From positions 27,590,001-27,654,000 of the forward strand of contig NC_043012.1 in NCBI RefSeq assembly GCF_006345805.1: a stretch of 64,000 nucleotides of DNA. The letters are read 5' to 3'. Made by a program: the position numbers and the translations under genes. A model generated the notes under the pieces. The model saw only the letters and a list, made by a program, of their open reading frames with translations. It had not been told where the DNA came from and ran no database searches. This stretch comes from Octopus sinensis. Lineage: Eukaryota. Positions 12,714-25,329 of the stretch are shown piece by piece; the first letter of the stretch is position 1; every line of letters starts with the position of its first letter.

Positions 12714-12883
12714 TTTGATAGTGTCAACAAAGATGTCATCTGGAGATTGATGCACGATTAAGGCTTCCCACAAAAGTTCATCATCATACAACAGCTATAT
12801 GAAGATGCCACCTGTTAAGTCATCCACAGTGGGAAACTGACAGAACCCTTCATTGTGTAAACTGGTGTCTGACAGGGTTGTTT
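12714..12883 (+). repeat. 170-bp inverted copy of 13922-14090 (RTE RT fragment)
   Basis: Reverse complement of 13922-14090 with only 4 differences by my count. Confidence 0.9.
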
Positions 12884-13177
12884 ATCAAGAGATTTTCATG
12901 TACAATGCAGTGTTGTCTTATACGTGACGTACTGTACAACCTTACGTTAAAAAAGTTTGCAAAACGAAAAGTATTAATAGTAAGATTGTTTCTTCAATCT
13001 ACACGAGGTTCATCTATGCTTTTGACAGATCTTGTTTTTAGTCCGGCTGGGTTTCTAGCAAGCCTAGTGAGGGTGCTGGTTCAGACGTCAATGATCCAAA
13101 ACATGCAACAAGTTGTACTAGATTCCATGTTGCCAGTAGCACTCATGAGAGATCTGACATACTAGGAGTGAGGCATC

Positions 13178-16100
13178 CCTTCTCTCTCTCAAGCCTCTTG
13201 ATTCCTCGAGGAACATAGGGCCGCAACAACATTTTGCCAACAGATGTGATTTTGGGGTATCCTCCTCAGCTCAGCCCATGTCATTCCAGCTGCCCTTACT
13301 TCTGCTTCGATATTTCTGCGTCAAGACTGTTTTGGTTGGCCCATTTTTTGCTTCCCCTGTGGGTTCCAGTCAAGGGCCTTCTTGGTGACATTTGGTGCAG
13401 GGTTTCGTAGCATTCACATTTTTGTTTCTTGATATCTGTCTTGATTGGGGCTTGTCTTGTTTTGTCCTATAGTTGTTGGATGTTTCTGAGACATCTTTTA
13501 GTGAATGTCTGGAGCTTGTGGGTGTTAGTCTTGGTCACTTGCCATGTTTCTGAGCTATAAAGTAGAATTGACTTAACATTTGTGTTGAAGATCCGGATCT
13601 TGTGGAGTGAGAGGGCTGTTGATCTCCAGATTGTTCGCAAAGAGTTGAAGGCACGTTGGGTTTTGTTTATTCAGCATTTAAAGTCCTCATCTTTACTGAC
13701 TACACTGTCCAGGTAAACAAACATGTTGATATCCTCCTAATGACACACCGGGTCTTGCTGTCTGTTGTTCACTCATGACCTGTCTTCTTAATGTGCTTGT
13801 GGAAGACATGTTGTCTGCATAGTCTAGGTCTTCTAACTGTTTATCAAAGGTCCACTGGATGCCTGTCCTCTTGCCTGCTGTGGCTTGTCTCATGATCCAG
13901 TCAAACATCATCAGTGAAAGCAAACAACCCTGTCAGACACCAGTTTACACATTGAAGGGTTCTGTCAGTTTCCCACTGTGGATGACTTAACAGGTGGCAT
14001 CTTCATATAGCTGTTGTATGATGATGAACTTTTGTGGGAAGCCATAATGGTGCATCAATCTCCAGATGACATCTTGTTGACACTATCAAAGGCCTTCTGA
14101 AAGTTGACAAAGACTGTGTATAGTGGGGTAATGATAATCCACATTGTTGTGATGTGGTCTGTGCAGGATCTATCTTGATCGAAGCCTGCTTGTTTATCCC
14201 AAAGTGTTTCATCAATACTTTCACTGGGATGGCTAGCAGCATGATTCCCCTCCAGTTATTGCAGGATGATAGTTCCCTTTTCTTAGACAACTTTACCAGG
14301 TCTCCTTTCTCCCAGTCTTCTCTCTCCGGTTCCCAGATCTTTTTCAGGAGAGGATGCAGCAACTCAGTTGAAGTCTGAATGTCTACCTTCAATGCTTCAG
14401 GTGGTATCGCATTGGGGCCTGTTGGTGATCTCAGTCTTGGTTGGTGGGATGATGTCTAGGAGCTCGGTCAGTTGTGGGATGTCTGGCAGGTCTGTTTAGT
14501 ATTTCCTTAAAATGCTCTGCCTATCGTGCTCTCTGTTCTTCTTCACCTGGGATAATGTTTCCATTCTTGTCTTTGACTGGATGGCTGGTGTTGCTGGCTT
14601 TTCCAGGGAATGTTCTGATGATCTCATATAGTCTTTTCATGTTTCTTTGGACTGCTGCAGTCTCTGCCTCCTCAGACAGTTCCTCAATGAAATTTTTCTT
14701 GTCCTTCCTTGCATTTGTCTTCACATTCCAGTAATGTGCTTGTAGTTTTTGCTTCTGTTCTTGATCTTGTGTCTGGCTGACCTGGTCTTTCAGTTGTTTT
14801 CTCTCTGTAATCAGCTTCCATGTCTCTTGTTAACCACTCCTTGCATTTCCTCATCTTCTTCCCCAGTACTTTTGTGCATGTTACCATCCAGACCTCACTC
14901 AGACTCTACCACTGTTCTTCTATTGTTTCTTCTGGTAATTGTGAAAGTGCACTGAACTTATTCCTCAATTTAACCTTGAATCTTTCTGCTATTTCTTTCT
15001 CTTTCAGGCTGTGTACGTTGTACCTGTGTGATCTTCTTCCTGCTTGGTCATTGTAGTCTTATAGCTTGGTTCTGAGAACTGCTACTACCAGGTAGTGATC
15101 CAATGCTGCGTCAGCTCCCTGCTTCACACTGATGTCATGCAGGCTCCTTTGCCACTTTCTGTTAATGATGATGTGGTCAATCTGGTTCTGTCTTGCCATC
15201 AGGGGAAATCCATGTTGTCTTGTGGATTTTCTTATGGGGAAAGACAGTGCCTCCTATGACTAGGTCATTGAAGGAGCAAAATTCTGTAAAAAGTTCGCCA
15301 TTTTCATTTTGTTCTCTGATGCCATGTCTGCCCATGAACTGTACTCTGTCTTTATTGTCTGTTCCCACTTTTGCACTCAAGTCTCCCATGAGGATCTTTG
15401 GGTCTCTCTTTGGTGTTTTATCCATGACCGCTTGGAGTTGCTCATAGAACTCTTCTTTGTCCACTATGTTTGTTGCACTTATGGGTGCATAGCACTGTAA
15501 GATGTTAACTTTCCTACCCTTTGAGTTCAATCTTGCAGTCAGGATCTTTGGTGACACTGGTTCCTAGGATAGCATTGCTCATGTTGCTTCAGGAATCATC
15601 AGTAGTGCTACTCTGTGTGTGTGTGGCTGAATAGATGTTCAGAGTAGATGATGGTGTTGCTCCTCGTGAGCCTTGTACATCCTGTTCCAGTCCATCTTGT
15701 CTTACACAGGCCAAAAATCTTCAGATTGTAACTGTGCATCTCTCTACACACTTATGCACTTTTTCGTGCCTCATATAGGGTTTGGATGTTCCAGGTCATT
15801 ATCCGGGTTTTGATCTTGGTTGTCAGAAGAGTTGTCGGCACACTGGCTTCCTGAAGGCTTTCACCAGCTTGCATCATCTGCTCTACTGGACAGGACTCTT
15901 CTTGGACTATGTTGTTTGAGAGTGCCATTGCAGTTTCAAATACTGCCGAGTTCAACTTTGCCTTTTGTCCTTTCGGACGACCCATTTTAGTACTGGATAT
16001 TTTACACTGACTAATCCCCGGATCATATCAGCAGGATGGAAAGGGGTTGTAAGGTGCTGTGCAAGGCTTATTGGGCCTAAAATTTTAGGTTGTGCTATTG

Positions 16101-16275
16101 CCAGTGAGTAAACTATCTGATGTTTGGTTGAGTAGGCAGACGCCATGGCAAGCATGGAAGCCATGGACACAAACCTGGGTGAAATCAACTGCTGGTGCAA
16201 CAACCTCATGCACAAACATTACTGGCATTTTGCATGGGAAATGTTTAGTGATGGTCTTCCTCAATCATGAGTGGA
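13178..16275 (-). mobile_element. Near full-length degenerate RTE LINE (BovB/Expander-like), a different family from the main RTE
   Basis: 5' UTR, then IMTWNIQTLY, ILQCYAP, ILMGDLSAKVG, NNWRGIMLL, LEDLDYAD; 3' end GCCCTATGTTCCTCGAGGAATCAAGAGG with a GA tail; many stops and frameshifts. Confidence 0.88.
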
Positions 16276-16694
16276 CAGCCACCACCATCATCATCATCAT
16301 CATCATTTTATATATGTATATATAAGGAAGGCAAATACATAGAGGTTGTTGATGTTTTGTTTCTGTTTTAAAAGGTAGTATACAAAATTTGTCTCTCTTT
16401 CAGACTCTGCAGAGTTTTTTTCTGTGTATGACCAGCATCTTATTTTTGTACTTGATTAAACACACATGTATGCACACAGACATACGCATTGCTACTCCTG
16501 AACTTCATTATTCAGTTTGATACCAAAGATTAAAACTGGTCTTAGATGTGAGACCAAGATAAGAACTTTATATCTTCCAAAATCTTCATTTTGAATTTAG
16601 TTTTAATTTTAAAATTACCCATTTTTAATAAAATCTTGCAATACCTAAAAGTATGTTTTTGTTTTTCAACTTTTGAAAACATTATAAATGTTTT

Positions 16695-17110
16695 GTTGCC
16701 TACCCTCACCTATGGTCATGAATGTTGGGTAATGACTGCGAGAGTATGAACTTGAATACAAGTGGCCAAAATAGGGTTATTCTGAAGGATCTTTGGTGTC
16801 ATATTACTTGACAGAATATGTAGCTTGGATATCAAGGAGTCTTTTCAATTTGAGCCACTGCTCTCTGCATTGAGAGATCACAATTCTGTTACTTTAGACC
16901 TGTGGTTAGAATGTCACAGGTAAGAATTGCAAAACCATCCAGTAGGAGATCTAGGAGTGTACCAAGAACAAGATAGGTAGATAATATCCATGGTCTCAGT
17001 AGGCCACACTTCAGAGTCCAACCAGACAGTCTGAGAAAGGGATCTGAAGACTCTATCCCTTGAAACCTTCTCAAGAATAGTGGGCAGATAAGATGAATGG
17101 ATGGATGGAT
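16695..17110 (+). mobile_element. RTE (Rex3-like) 3' fragment
   Basis: PTLTYGHECWVMT...EPLL..IERSQ...PRTR remnants, ending in a (GATG)n tail. Confidence 0.6.
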
Positions 17111-17157
17111 ATATGTTTAAATTTGTTTTCAAGTGTTATATACTTGAAATGATTCGT

Positions 17158-17340
17158 TGTTCGTCGTTTAACGTCCACTTTCCATGCTAGCATGGGTTGG
17201 ATGGTTTGACTGTGGGCTGGCGAACCAGATGGCTGCATCAGGCTCCAGCTGGATGCCCTTCCTAACGCCAACCACTCCGAGAATTTAGTGGGTGCTTTTA
17301 CGTGCCACCGGCACGGGGGCCAGTCAGGTGGTACTGGCAT
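17158..17340 (-). mobile_element. 3' UTR fragment of the main RTE family
   Basis: Reverse complement of the GTGCCGGTGGCACGTAAAAGCACCC...GGCGTTAGGAAGGGCATCCAGC...CATGCTAGCATGGAAAG.GGACGTTAAACGA tail. Confidence 0.85.
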
Positions 17341-17409
17341 GTTCATTAATTGGTAGAGTTCTTTCTTTTTTTTTAACATATTTTTTGTAATTTTCTACTG
17401 ATGTCTTAA

Positions 17410-18300
17410 TTTTTGGTAAAACTTCAGGATTGATAATGAAACCAAAACAATTCAGGAAAATACAAAAATAGTCTTGGCTGTCCTGAGTATGTGAAGTAAA
17501 TATGTAAATGCTTAAATGTTACTTTGTAAAGTCACTACTTTTATGCATTTGATAAATTAAGTCTAATAAGTTAATTTTAAGCATTTGCATATTTTTTTCA
17601 CTTATTCAGGACAGCCAAGATTATTTTTGTATTTTCCTGGATTGTTTTTGGTTTCATTATTATTGTCGTTGCAGTTCAATGCTACTGAGCACATTGTCTG
17701 CTACTGATACACTTCTCTGTTTTTTTAGCACTATACATCTATACAAGAAGTTCTCTCTCAAGACAATACTGCAGTTTTCTGGTCTTTTATACTATATTCA
17801 CATTAGGTAAGATATACAGACTGCTATTCTGAACCAATACTACTTCTGTTGCTACTAATGAAATTTTACTCAACCTTCCAGCTATATGCAACACCAATGA
17901 TTTGAATCACTGTTTTTCTATATTAATAGAAATGAGATTTGTCGAATCATGCAGCTGATAGTAGATACTTCCTACTGACGATGTGCAAAGACACAGAAAT
18001 TATGATTTAGCAATTCCACCACTATTACTGGACATTTTCATCTGCTACTTTTATGCTTTTCTAGTGCTATATGTCAATATAAAAAGTTCTTCAAAATGAA
18101 TACTGCAGTTTTGTAACTTTCTATAGCACATCCACATTAAGTAAGTATAAAAGAGTATTATGCCATCTACATTCTATTTTAATCCATTGTTTAAAGGAAC
18201 TTTATAGCAAAAACAGTTTAAGTCTGTTTTTGCATTTTCCTAAGTTGTTTTGGTTTCATTTATCAATCCCACAGTTATATGTACCTAAAACCAAAGTTTG
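17410..18300. mobile_element. Fold-back / MITE-like inverted-repeat element
   Basis: Arms 17434-17516 and 17576-17659 are reverse complements (roughly 85-90% by eye); a second right arm lies at about 18232-18300. Confidence 0.65.
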
Positions 18301-18407
18301 CCAAAATTCTATTATTTATGACATTTCAAAAAAAAAAATTGCAAAAGTTTTAAATAAATCTGAAAGCAGAGTTCAAATCAAAGTACACCATTAAATGCTG
18401 TAAAACA

Positions 18408-18560
18408 TGTGGCTGTGTGGTAAGAAGCTTGCTTCCTAACCAAATGGTTTTCAGTTCAGTCCCACTGCATGGCACCTTGAGCAAGTGCCTCCTACTAGTC
18501 TCGGGCCAACCAAAGCCTTGCAAGTGGTTTTGGTAGATGGAAACTGAATGAAACCCTCGC
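18408..18560 (+). mobile_element. tRNA-derived SINE, head
   Basis: GGCTGTGTGGTAAGAAGCTTGCTTCC...CAGTTCAGTCCCACTGCATGGCACCTTGAGCAAGTG. Confidence 0.85.
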
Positions 18561-19690
18561 ATACTTCGCCAAATGTATATGCATATACATACAAGCTTAC
18601 ACACACGCGCACCATAAAATTTCATACATACGTCTACATACGCACAAGCACAAGAAAAAACAGGGTTAAGGGTAACAATACAGAAAAAAGGCATAAGGAA
18701 GTATACAAAGTGTAAACCACGTTTATGTACGCACATACCCTTATGCACGCACACACACATGCCCATATACGCACATACCTGCACACGTCTATATACGCAC
18801 ACATACACGCATGTACAAAAAGGATTATATATATGTCTATAAAAACAATACAGGAAAATGAGTGAAAACACTGAGTAAAATACGTCTATATATGCACAAG
18901 CTTGCATGCACGCACACATCCACATGCGCGCACAAAGGATTCCATATACATGTCTTTATAGGCACAGGGAAAAACGCAGGATGGAAGGTAGAGTACAGAA
19001 AAAATTATGTGTAAAAAATATGTATAAACCAAATTCTCTATAATATGTAAGAAATATATGTATAAAAAATATATAAATAAAATAAAAGTAAAAGGTATAC
19101 TGAGATAAAAAAACTTGTGCGTGGACACAATATAGAAAGCAAGTTCTATCTTTTACAGATAAATTCCTCTATTTACATAATATTGACATGTGCCGTTCAA
19201 AAGGAAAAGATCCGATAACTACAAAAAGCAAACATTAATAGCTCCAATCATATTTTATACTATTGAAATACTTTGTACTCACATACAAAGCTATGTAAAC
19301 ATAAACAAATATACATATGTTACACACTATAAACATACATCCATTGAATAAATATATATATATATACGTATATATCAATTCCCATATACACAAGCATACA
19401 ATGGACCCACGTGAATGTACATACTATAAATCCACTTATACATAGACTAAACAAATGAAGGTGTGTATATGCAAACTTACCTTACACAAAGCTTCATATT
19501 AAACAACAGATGTAAATGTAAACCAATATACCTATACATATCCATATACACACAAACAAATACAAGTATATAAGGAGTATCCATATATATATACATGTAT
19601 ATATAACCCCTCAAGTAATTATACATCACAGTTTAATTATGTAAAAACATAATCCCAATACTAGTATAAGCCAGACTACATGCATACACA
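18560..19690. repeat. Degenerate CA/TA-rich low-complexity tract, possibly an inverted Penelope UTR
   Basis: Irregular (CA)/(TA)/(CACG) composition immediately 5' of a truncated Penelope-like ORF. Confidence 0.5.
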
Positions 19691-19699
19691 TACTTGTGA

Positions 19700-21014
19700 G
19701 TATTCCCCTAAAAAACTTTATAGTTTCTTTAAAAGATTTGGTTTAAGTATCACTATATATAATGAGAATTTTAATGTTAATTATTTAGATGTTAATTTTA
19801 ATCTAATTACAGGTAAAACACAACCATATCATAAACTTAATGAGAACCTTAGATATATAAATGTTAATAGTAATCACCCACCATCAATTAAAAAATCGTT
19901 GATTAATAATGTAAGTAAACGTATTTCATTACTTTCTTATGATTTAGAGATTTTTAATAAACATGCTCCTTATTATAATGAGGCCCTTAGAGAGGCAGGT
20001 TATAATAGTAATATTAAATTTTTTATTAAAAATAAAGATAAAGATATAACTAATAATATTAGAGATAAAAATATTAATAATAATTATAATAATTTTGTTA
20101 GTAATAGTGGTAAAAATATTAGAAATTATAAAAATTAAAATAATATAAATAAAAATAAGAATAAAAATAAAAATAAAAATAAAATCAATAACTTTAATAA
20201 TTCTTTAAATGTTGATTATAAATATAAATCTGATAATAATAATATTAATATGATAAAGAAATATAATTACAACAATAATAATGACAGTTTTAATAATAAG
20301 AAGGAAAATAAGAATAAAATTTGGTTAATAGTTCCTTATGGTGCTCAAGTTAAAACGAACATTATTAAAGAGATTTTAGATATTATTGAACTATTTATTC
20401 GAGATAATCGTAAATATAAAAACATTTTCTCTGGTAATAATTTTGGAGTAGGTTATTCCACCACTAATAGTGTAGGTAACATTATTTCTTCTTGTAACAA
20501 ATTTAAACTTAATAATTTTTATAAAAATAAATTATTTAATAATACCAATAATAAAGACAAGACACTAATTAACTGTACATGTAGAGATAAAACTAAATGT
20601 AAATTAAATAATAAATGTGATACTAATGATGCAGTGTATAAATGTATAGTTACATTACATGATAAGAATAATAAGAATAATAATAACTCTAACGCGATAT
20701 ATATATTAAGAATAAAATTAAGAATTGCACAACATTTGAATTCATTTAAAAATAAAAACTTAATTAACTCCACTGGACTTAGCAAGGACATTTGGAGACT
20801 TAAATCCCAAAATATTAATTATAATTTATCTTGGGAAATAATTAGTAAAACTAAATCATATACTATAGGAGCGAATTTTTGTTATTTATGCTCTAATGAG
20901 TTTAAGGAAATTTTATTTTATAAGCATGATAATTTACTGAATACCTGTGATGAGCGCAAAATAAAATGCAGACACAAGTTACTTTACTTATATAATAAAT
21001 TTCTTGATAAATAA
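19700..21014 (+). mobile_element. Penelope-like element 1 (RT thumb plus GIY-YIG endonuclease), 5'-truncated
   Basis: VNYLDVNF..SNHPPSIKK..YNEALREAGY; IWLIVPY..CTCRDKTKC..C...AVYKC..RIAQHLNSF..STGLSKDIW..W EII..CYLC..E. A T-rich 3' region extends toward about 23330. Confidence 0.88.
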
Positions 21015-23142
21015 TGATTATTTCTTAGCCTTAATTAGCTCCCTATTTGTTGTTTTATGTAATAGTATTATAAATATACCAGGTGATTTGTAGTACTTAT
21101 TATAATAGTTTATTTTAGTTATTTAGGTTCTGTTTTTAATTATAGTTAGATTATAGATAGTTGTTCATTTTATTACTAAATATTTTATTACTAAATAATA
21201 AATATTTAATGGTTTATTGAATATTGAGTCTGGTAAGTTACAATTTTATTTATTTTATATATTTTGTTATATTTCTATTATAAATTTGTTAAATTGTAAT
21301 TTTGTTATATTAATCTATTTGTATGTAATCTCTTTATATTTGAAATAGTTTTATTTAGTTGTTTATTTAATCCATTTTATTTAATATAGAAGTATAGATT
21401 AGTAGATTAATTTTTTAGATTTAACTTAATATTTACCTCTATTTTGTATTGTAGTATGATTATAGACATTTATATATCTATTTATTTATAATATATGTGG
21501 ATGTGTGTGTTTGTATATATGTGTATATGATGATGTGTGTGTATATATATATATGTATATACATTTATTTATATGTATGTGTGTGTATATATTGGTGTAA
21601 GTGTATATAATGAGTATTGTATGTATGTATGAGTGTGCATATGTGTGTGGGTGTAAGTGTGTGTATATATGTATATGAATGTATGTGTGTATGTATGTGT
21701 ATATGTGTATGTATATGTATATGTATGTATATGTGTATATATGTATATATATATGTATATGTATGGATATTTTCTTATATATTTATGTATACGTATGTAT
21801 AGTTATACTACAAATTTTGATAAGTATTTATAGATTTGTTATGATCACTAATTTTAGCTTATAATTATAAGGGCATGGGAAAGAATTTATAGTATGTAGT
21901 GGGGTTTCTATATAAATTAATTTTTATGTATTTATTAATCTTATAAGATTTTTAGAATATATTTAATAATTAGTGGTTTTTAATCATTTAAATCATTTAA
22001 TTTATTTTGTATTAAGTTTCATTTATCATAGTTATTTTATTAATAAATATTATAGTATAGAGAGATTTTATTCTTTATTTGTGAATTCATTCTTTTTACA
22101 ATGATAAACATATAATTTTCCATTCATAATCTTTAATAAACTTAGGTTCCTCACGCGTAATGAATTCTTCAACAATTTATTCTTTTTTTTTGCTAATAAC
22201 GTAATTCCATGAGTATTCTTATAAACCCTGTATAAGACGTTTTTTGATTCAAAATTTTAGTTCATTGTTTAAACCTCGCCAAGATAAGTATGTATTTATT
22301 TAAGATCTTCAAATTGTAAATTTTAATATTGTATAAGCCTTTGGAGTAATAATATTCTCCTTATGTAAATATCGTTGTTTATGTAATGATCTAATTATCG
22401 TAATTTTCTATGTTATTAGATATTAAATTGAAGTTTATTCGTAAGATACTTTTTACTGATAGATTTATTATTTGATAGCAAGCATACTAGGTGTATTAAG
22501 TTAGGCTTTTGTATATAATGTTTTAATAGTATTAATTGTAGTTTTAAATTTATAATTAAATTAGATAAACTTTGATAAAATTAGATATGTTTCGACTAAA
22601 GATTTGTCTAGGCCATGTCTAATTTCATAGCATAACTTAGTTATTTCTTTAAATTTATATTAGCTAATTATTCCCATTCATAATTATATTTATAGTACTT
22701 ATAGTATTTATTCAATACTATATTACTAAGAATTGATTATTTCTAAAAGTATCTTACATAAGATTTCTGAAAGTCCGTTTAAGTTAGTTTATTTGTATTT
22801 TGAAATTAGCTATTTCATCTTTAAATAAGAAAAATTTAATTTATTAGGTTTTCATTATATACAATTATTTATAGAGATTATTTTAGATCTTGATTATAAT
22901 ATTTATATATATTTTCATTGATAATTTATATATATTAGTCATTTTAAATATTTATGTAATTAGATATAGACAAATATTGATATTAGATTATGGGTTTCCT
23001 ACCTTATAAATTAAAGTTAATATTATAGTCGATTTCGATATAATCATATTTGATAATAGAGTTTATTATAAGTAAAATTATTATATTATATTATATATAT
23101 TATTTATATCTTAAAAATATTGATTATATTTTAGATATTTAA

Positions 23143-23208
23143 ACCACCTGATGAATGACTAACTCGAAAATTTAAAGAAATTAACAGCCATGAAACGATC
23201 GTAGTGAT
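23143..23208 (+). ncRNA. Type I minimal hammerhead ribozyme motif
   Basis: Stem I ACCAC/GTGAT, core CTGATGA 23148-23154, stem II ATGACT/AGCCAT, GAAA 23192-23195, stem III AC-GATC-GT, predicted cleavage after GUA at 23203. Confidence 0.75.
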
Positions 23209-23332
23209 ATATTAATTAGATTTTTTTAATAATTTTGTTATATATTTAAATAATATAAATTAAATAATCTTATGTATTGGCTTAAGGTTTTCATTGTATG
23301 ATTTGCCTAATAGTGGTTTTGTCTCTAATTTA

Positions 23333-23334
<2 letters not shown>

Positions 23335-23378
<44 letters not shown>
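23335..23378. repeat. (TA)n microsatellite
   Basis: Pure TA run at the junction of two convergent Penelope-like elements. Confidence 0.95.
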
Positions 23379-23388
<10 letters not shown>

Positions 23389-23934
23389 TATATACCCCTA
23401 CATACATACAAATGTATACAATCCATCACATACACAAAAGTGTACTGAAATCTATCCATACGATCTAATATACATGAAAAATAACAAAATAATAATTAAA
23501 ACTACCACATACATGTACACAAATAAACATACATAAATAAATATATATTCACATATCCACATACATATATACAAATCCATTAGTGCCCTCAAGATGGTTA
23601 GTACATTAACGCATACTTTATACATAACTATATACTAAATAAAAAGTGTAAATATATATCAATATACATAAATATAAAGATATATCTACAAACAAATACA
23701 AGTACATAAAAAAATGTACAAATATGTACACACAAATAAACACTTATATAAAAAAATATATAAATATATAAGCATATTCACATACATATACATATATTAC
23801 ACACATATGCATACATATACAAATAATGATATGCCCATAACCCATTACAATTTCTTTACTCCTAAATATAATAAAGTAAAAGTGCTCATTATAACTAGTT
23901 GTATTTATTTCAAAGGGTATTTTATAATAAGTAT

Positions 23935-24915
23935 TATTTGTATCTGGAGAAAGTATACCCCATTTTATGAAGACATGAAATATTACGTTCCTTAAGATTG
24001 TTAATAATCGATAGATTAGTCCTAATTATAAAGAAAATCTCATTAATACATAATGAGCATTTTCTATTCTTATTATTATACACTGGTGCAATTATAAGTA
24101 TTTTCCATTGTAAATTATCATTTATTTTTTCATCCTTAAGTTCCCATATATATATGCACTTAACCCTGTAGAATTACTCCTATTTCTATTTTTAAAAGTA
24201 TATCTGTGATAATTAAGTCTGTTTCAAATTATTCTTAGTAGCTCCAATATAGACTTTATTATCATATGGTGTACTTACAATACATTGATATACTACCTCC
24301 TTTATCATGCAGTCATTATTAAATGCACAATTTTCTCTAATCCTACAATTGCACCTATTAGTTTGTTGTAGATGCTTTACTTTATTATGATTAATTGTTA
24401 CTGCATTATTACCATTATTATTATTATTAATATTATTATCATTATTACTTACAATTCCCATATCCATCGGCATGTTATTATTGTTCTTATTTATGCTATA
24501 TTTTATGTTATTATTATTATTACTACCTATAGTGTTATCATTACTAATTCTATTAATATTATCCATGTTATTATTACTTGTTACAGTATTATTATTACTA
24601 TTATTGCCATTTCGATTAATATTACTTATATTGTTATAATTATTATATCTTAAGTTATAGTAAGACACATTTGTGCTACCTAAATTATTTTTTCTGTTTA
24701 GATAGAAATAATCAATTTTTTTATTATTAATTGAGGATATGATGGTGGCCAGATTATGAGTTAGACTATATCCTATTCTTATAGTTTTATTATTAATTAT
24801 CTCCCAATATTTGTTTTTTCCTTTTCCAAAAGGCTTGTTTATTAAATTGAAAATATTTTTCACAATGTTATTTTTTAATTGCATAGCATATGGAATTATT
24901 AGCCACAGTGTATCT
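23935..24915 (-). mobile_element. Penelope-like element 2 (linker plus GIY-YIG), 5'-truncated
   Basis: LWLIIPY..IRIGYS..CNCRIRENC..C..VVYQC..VYIGAT; after a frameshift HRYTFKN..STGLSAYIWELK..WKIL..CSLCINE. Confidence 0.88.
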
Positions 24916-24924
24916 ATTACATTA

Positions 24925-25135
24925 TTTTGATTATACGGTTTTCCTTCCCCCCACCATTGCTTGACAACTGATGTTGGTGTGTTTATGTCCTTGTAACTTA
25001 GTGGTTCAGCAAAATACATTGATAGAATAAGTACTAGTCTTACAAAGAATAAGTGCTGGGGTTGATTTGTTCAACTAATAAGGTGGTCCTCCAGCATGGC
25101 CACAGTCAAATGACTGAAACAAATAAAAGAATATA
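24925..25135 (+). mobile_element. SINE 3' half with tail
   Basis: GCTTGACAACTGATGTTGGTGTG...GGTGGTCCTCCAGCATGGCCACAGTCAAATGACTGAAACAAATAAAAGAATA. Confidence 0.85.
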
Positions 25136-25329
25136 TATTTTTTACAATTATTTTGCTTTTATGTTTATAAATTTGTCAAAAATTTTTATTTTAATTGAAT
25201 TTTTTTGAAATAAAAAAATTATAGAATCATATTGTCTGCATTGATTAAAAAAAATGGGGAAAAAAATCAAAATTTGAAAAATATAGTGGGGTAAAAGGTA
25301 TTTCTAAATAAAATTAAAGTACCTTTTTC

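Noticed and set aside
15960-16275. Search for an HDV-like or twister ribozyme at the RTE 5' end
   Set aside because: Such ribozymes are known in RTE 5' UTRs, but I could not assemble the required pairings in this decayed copy.
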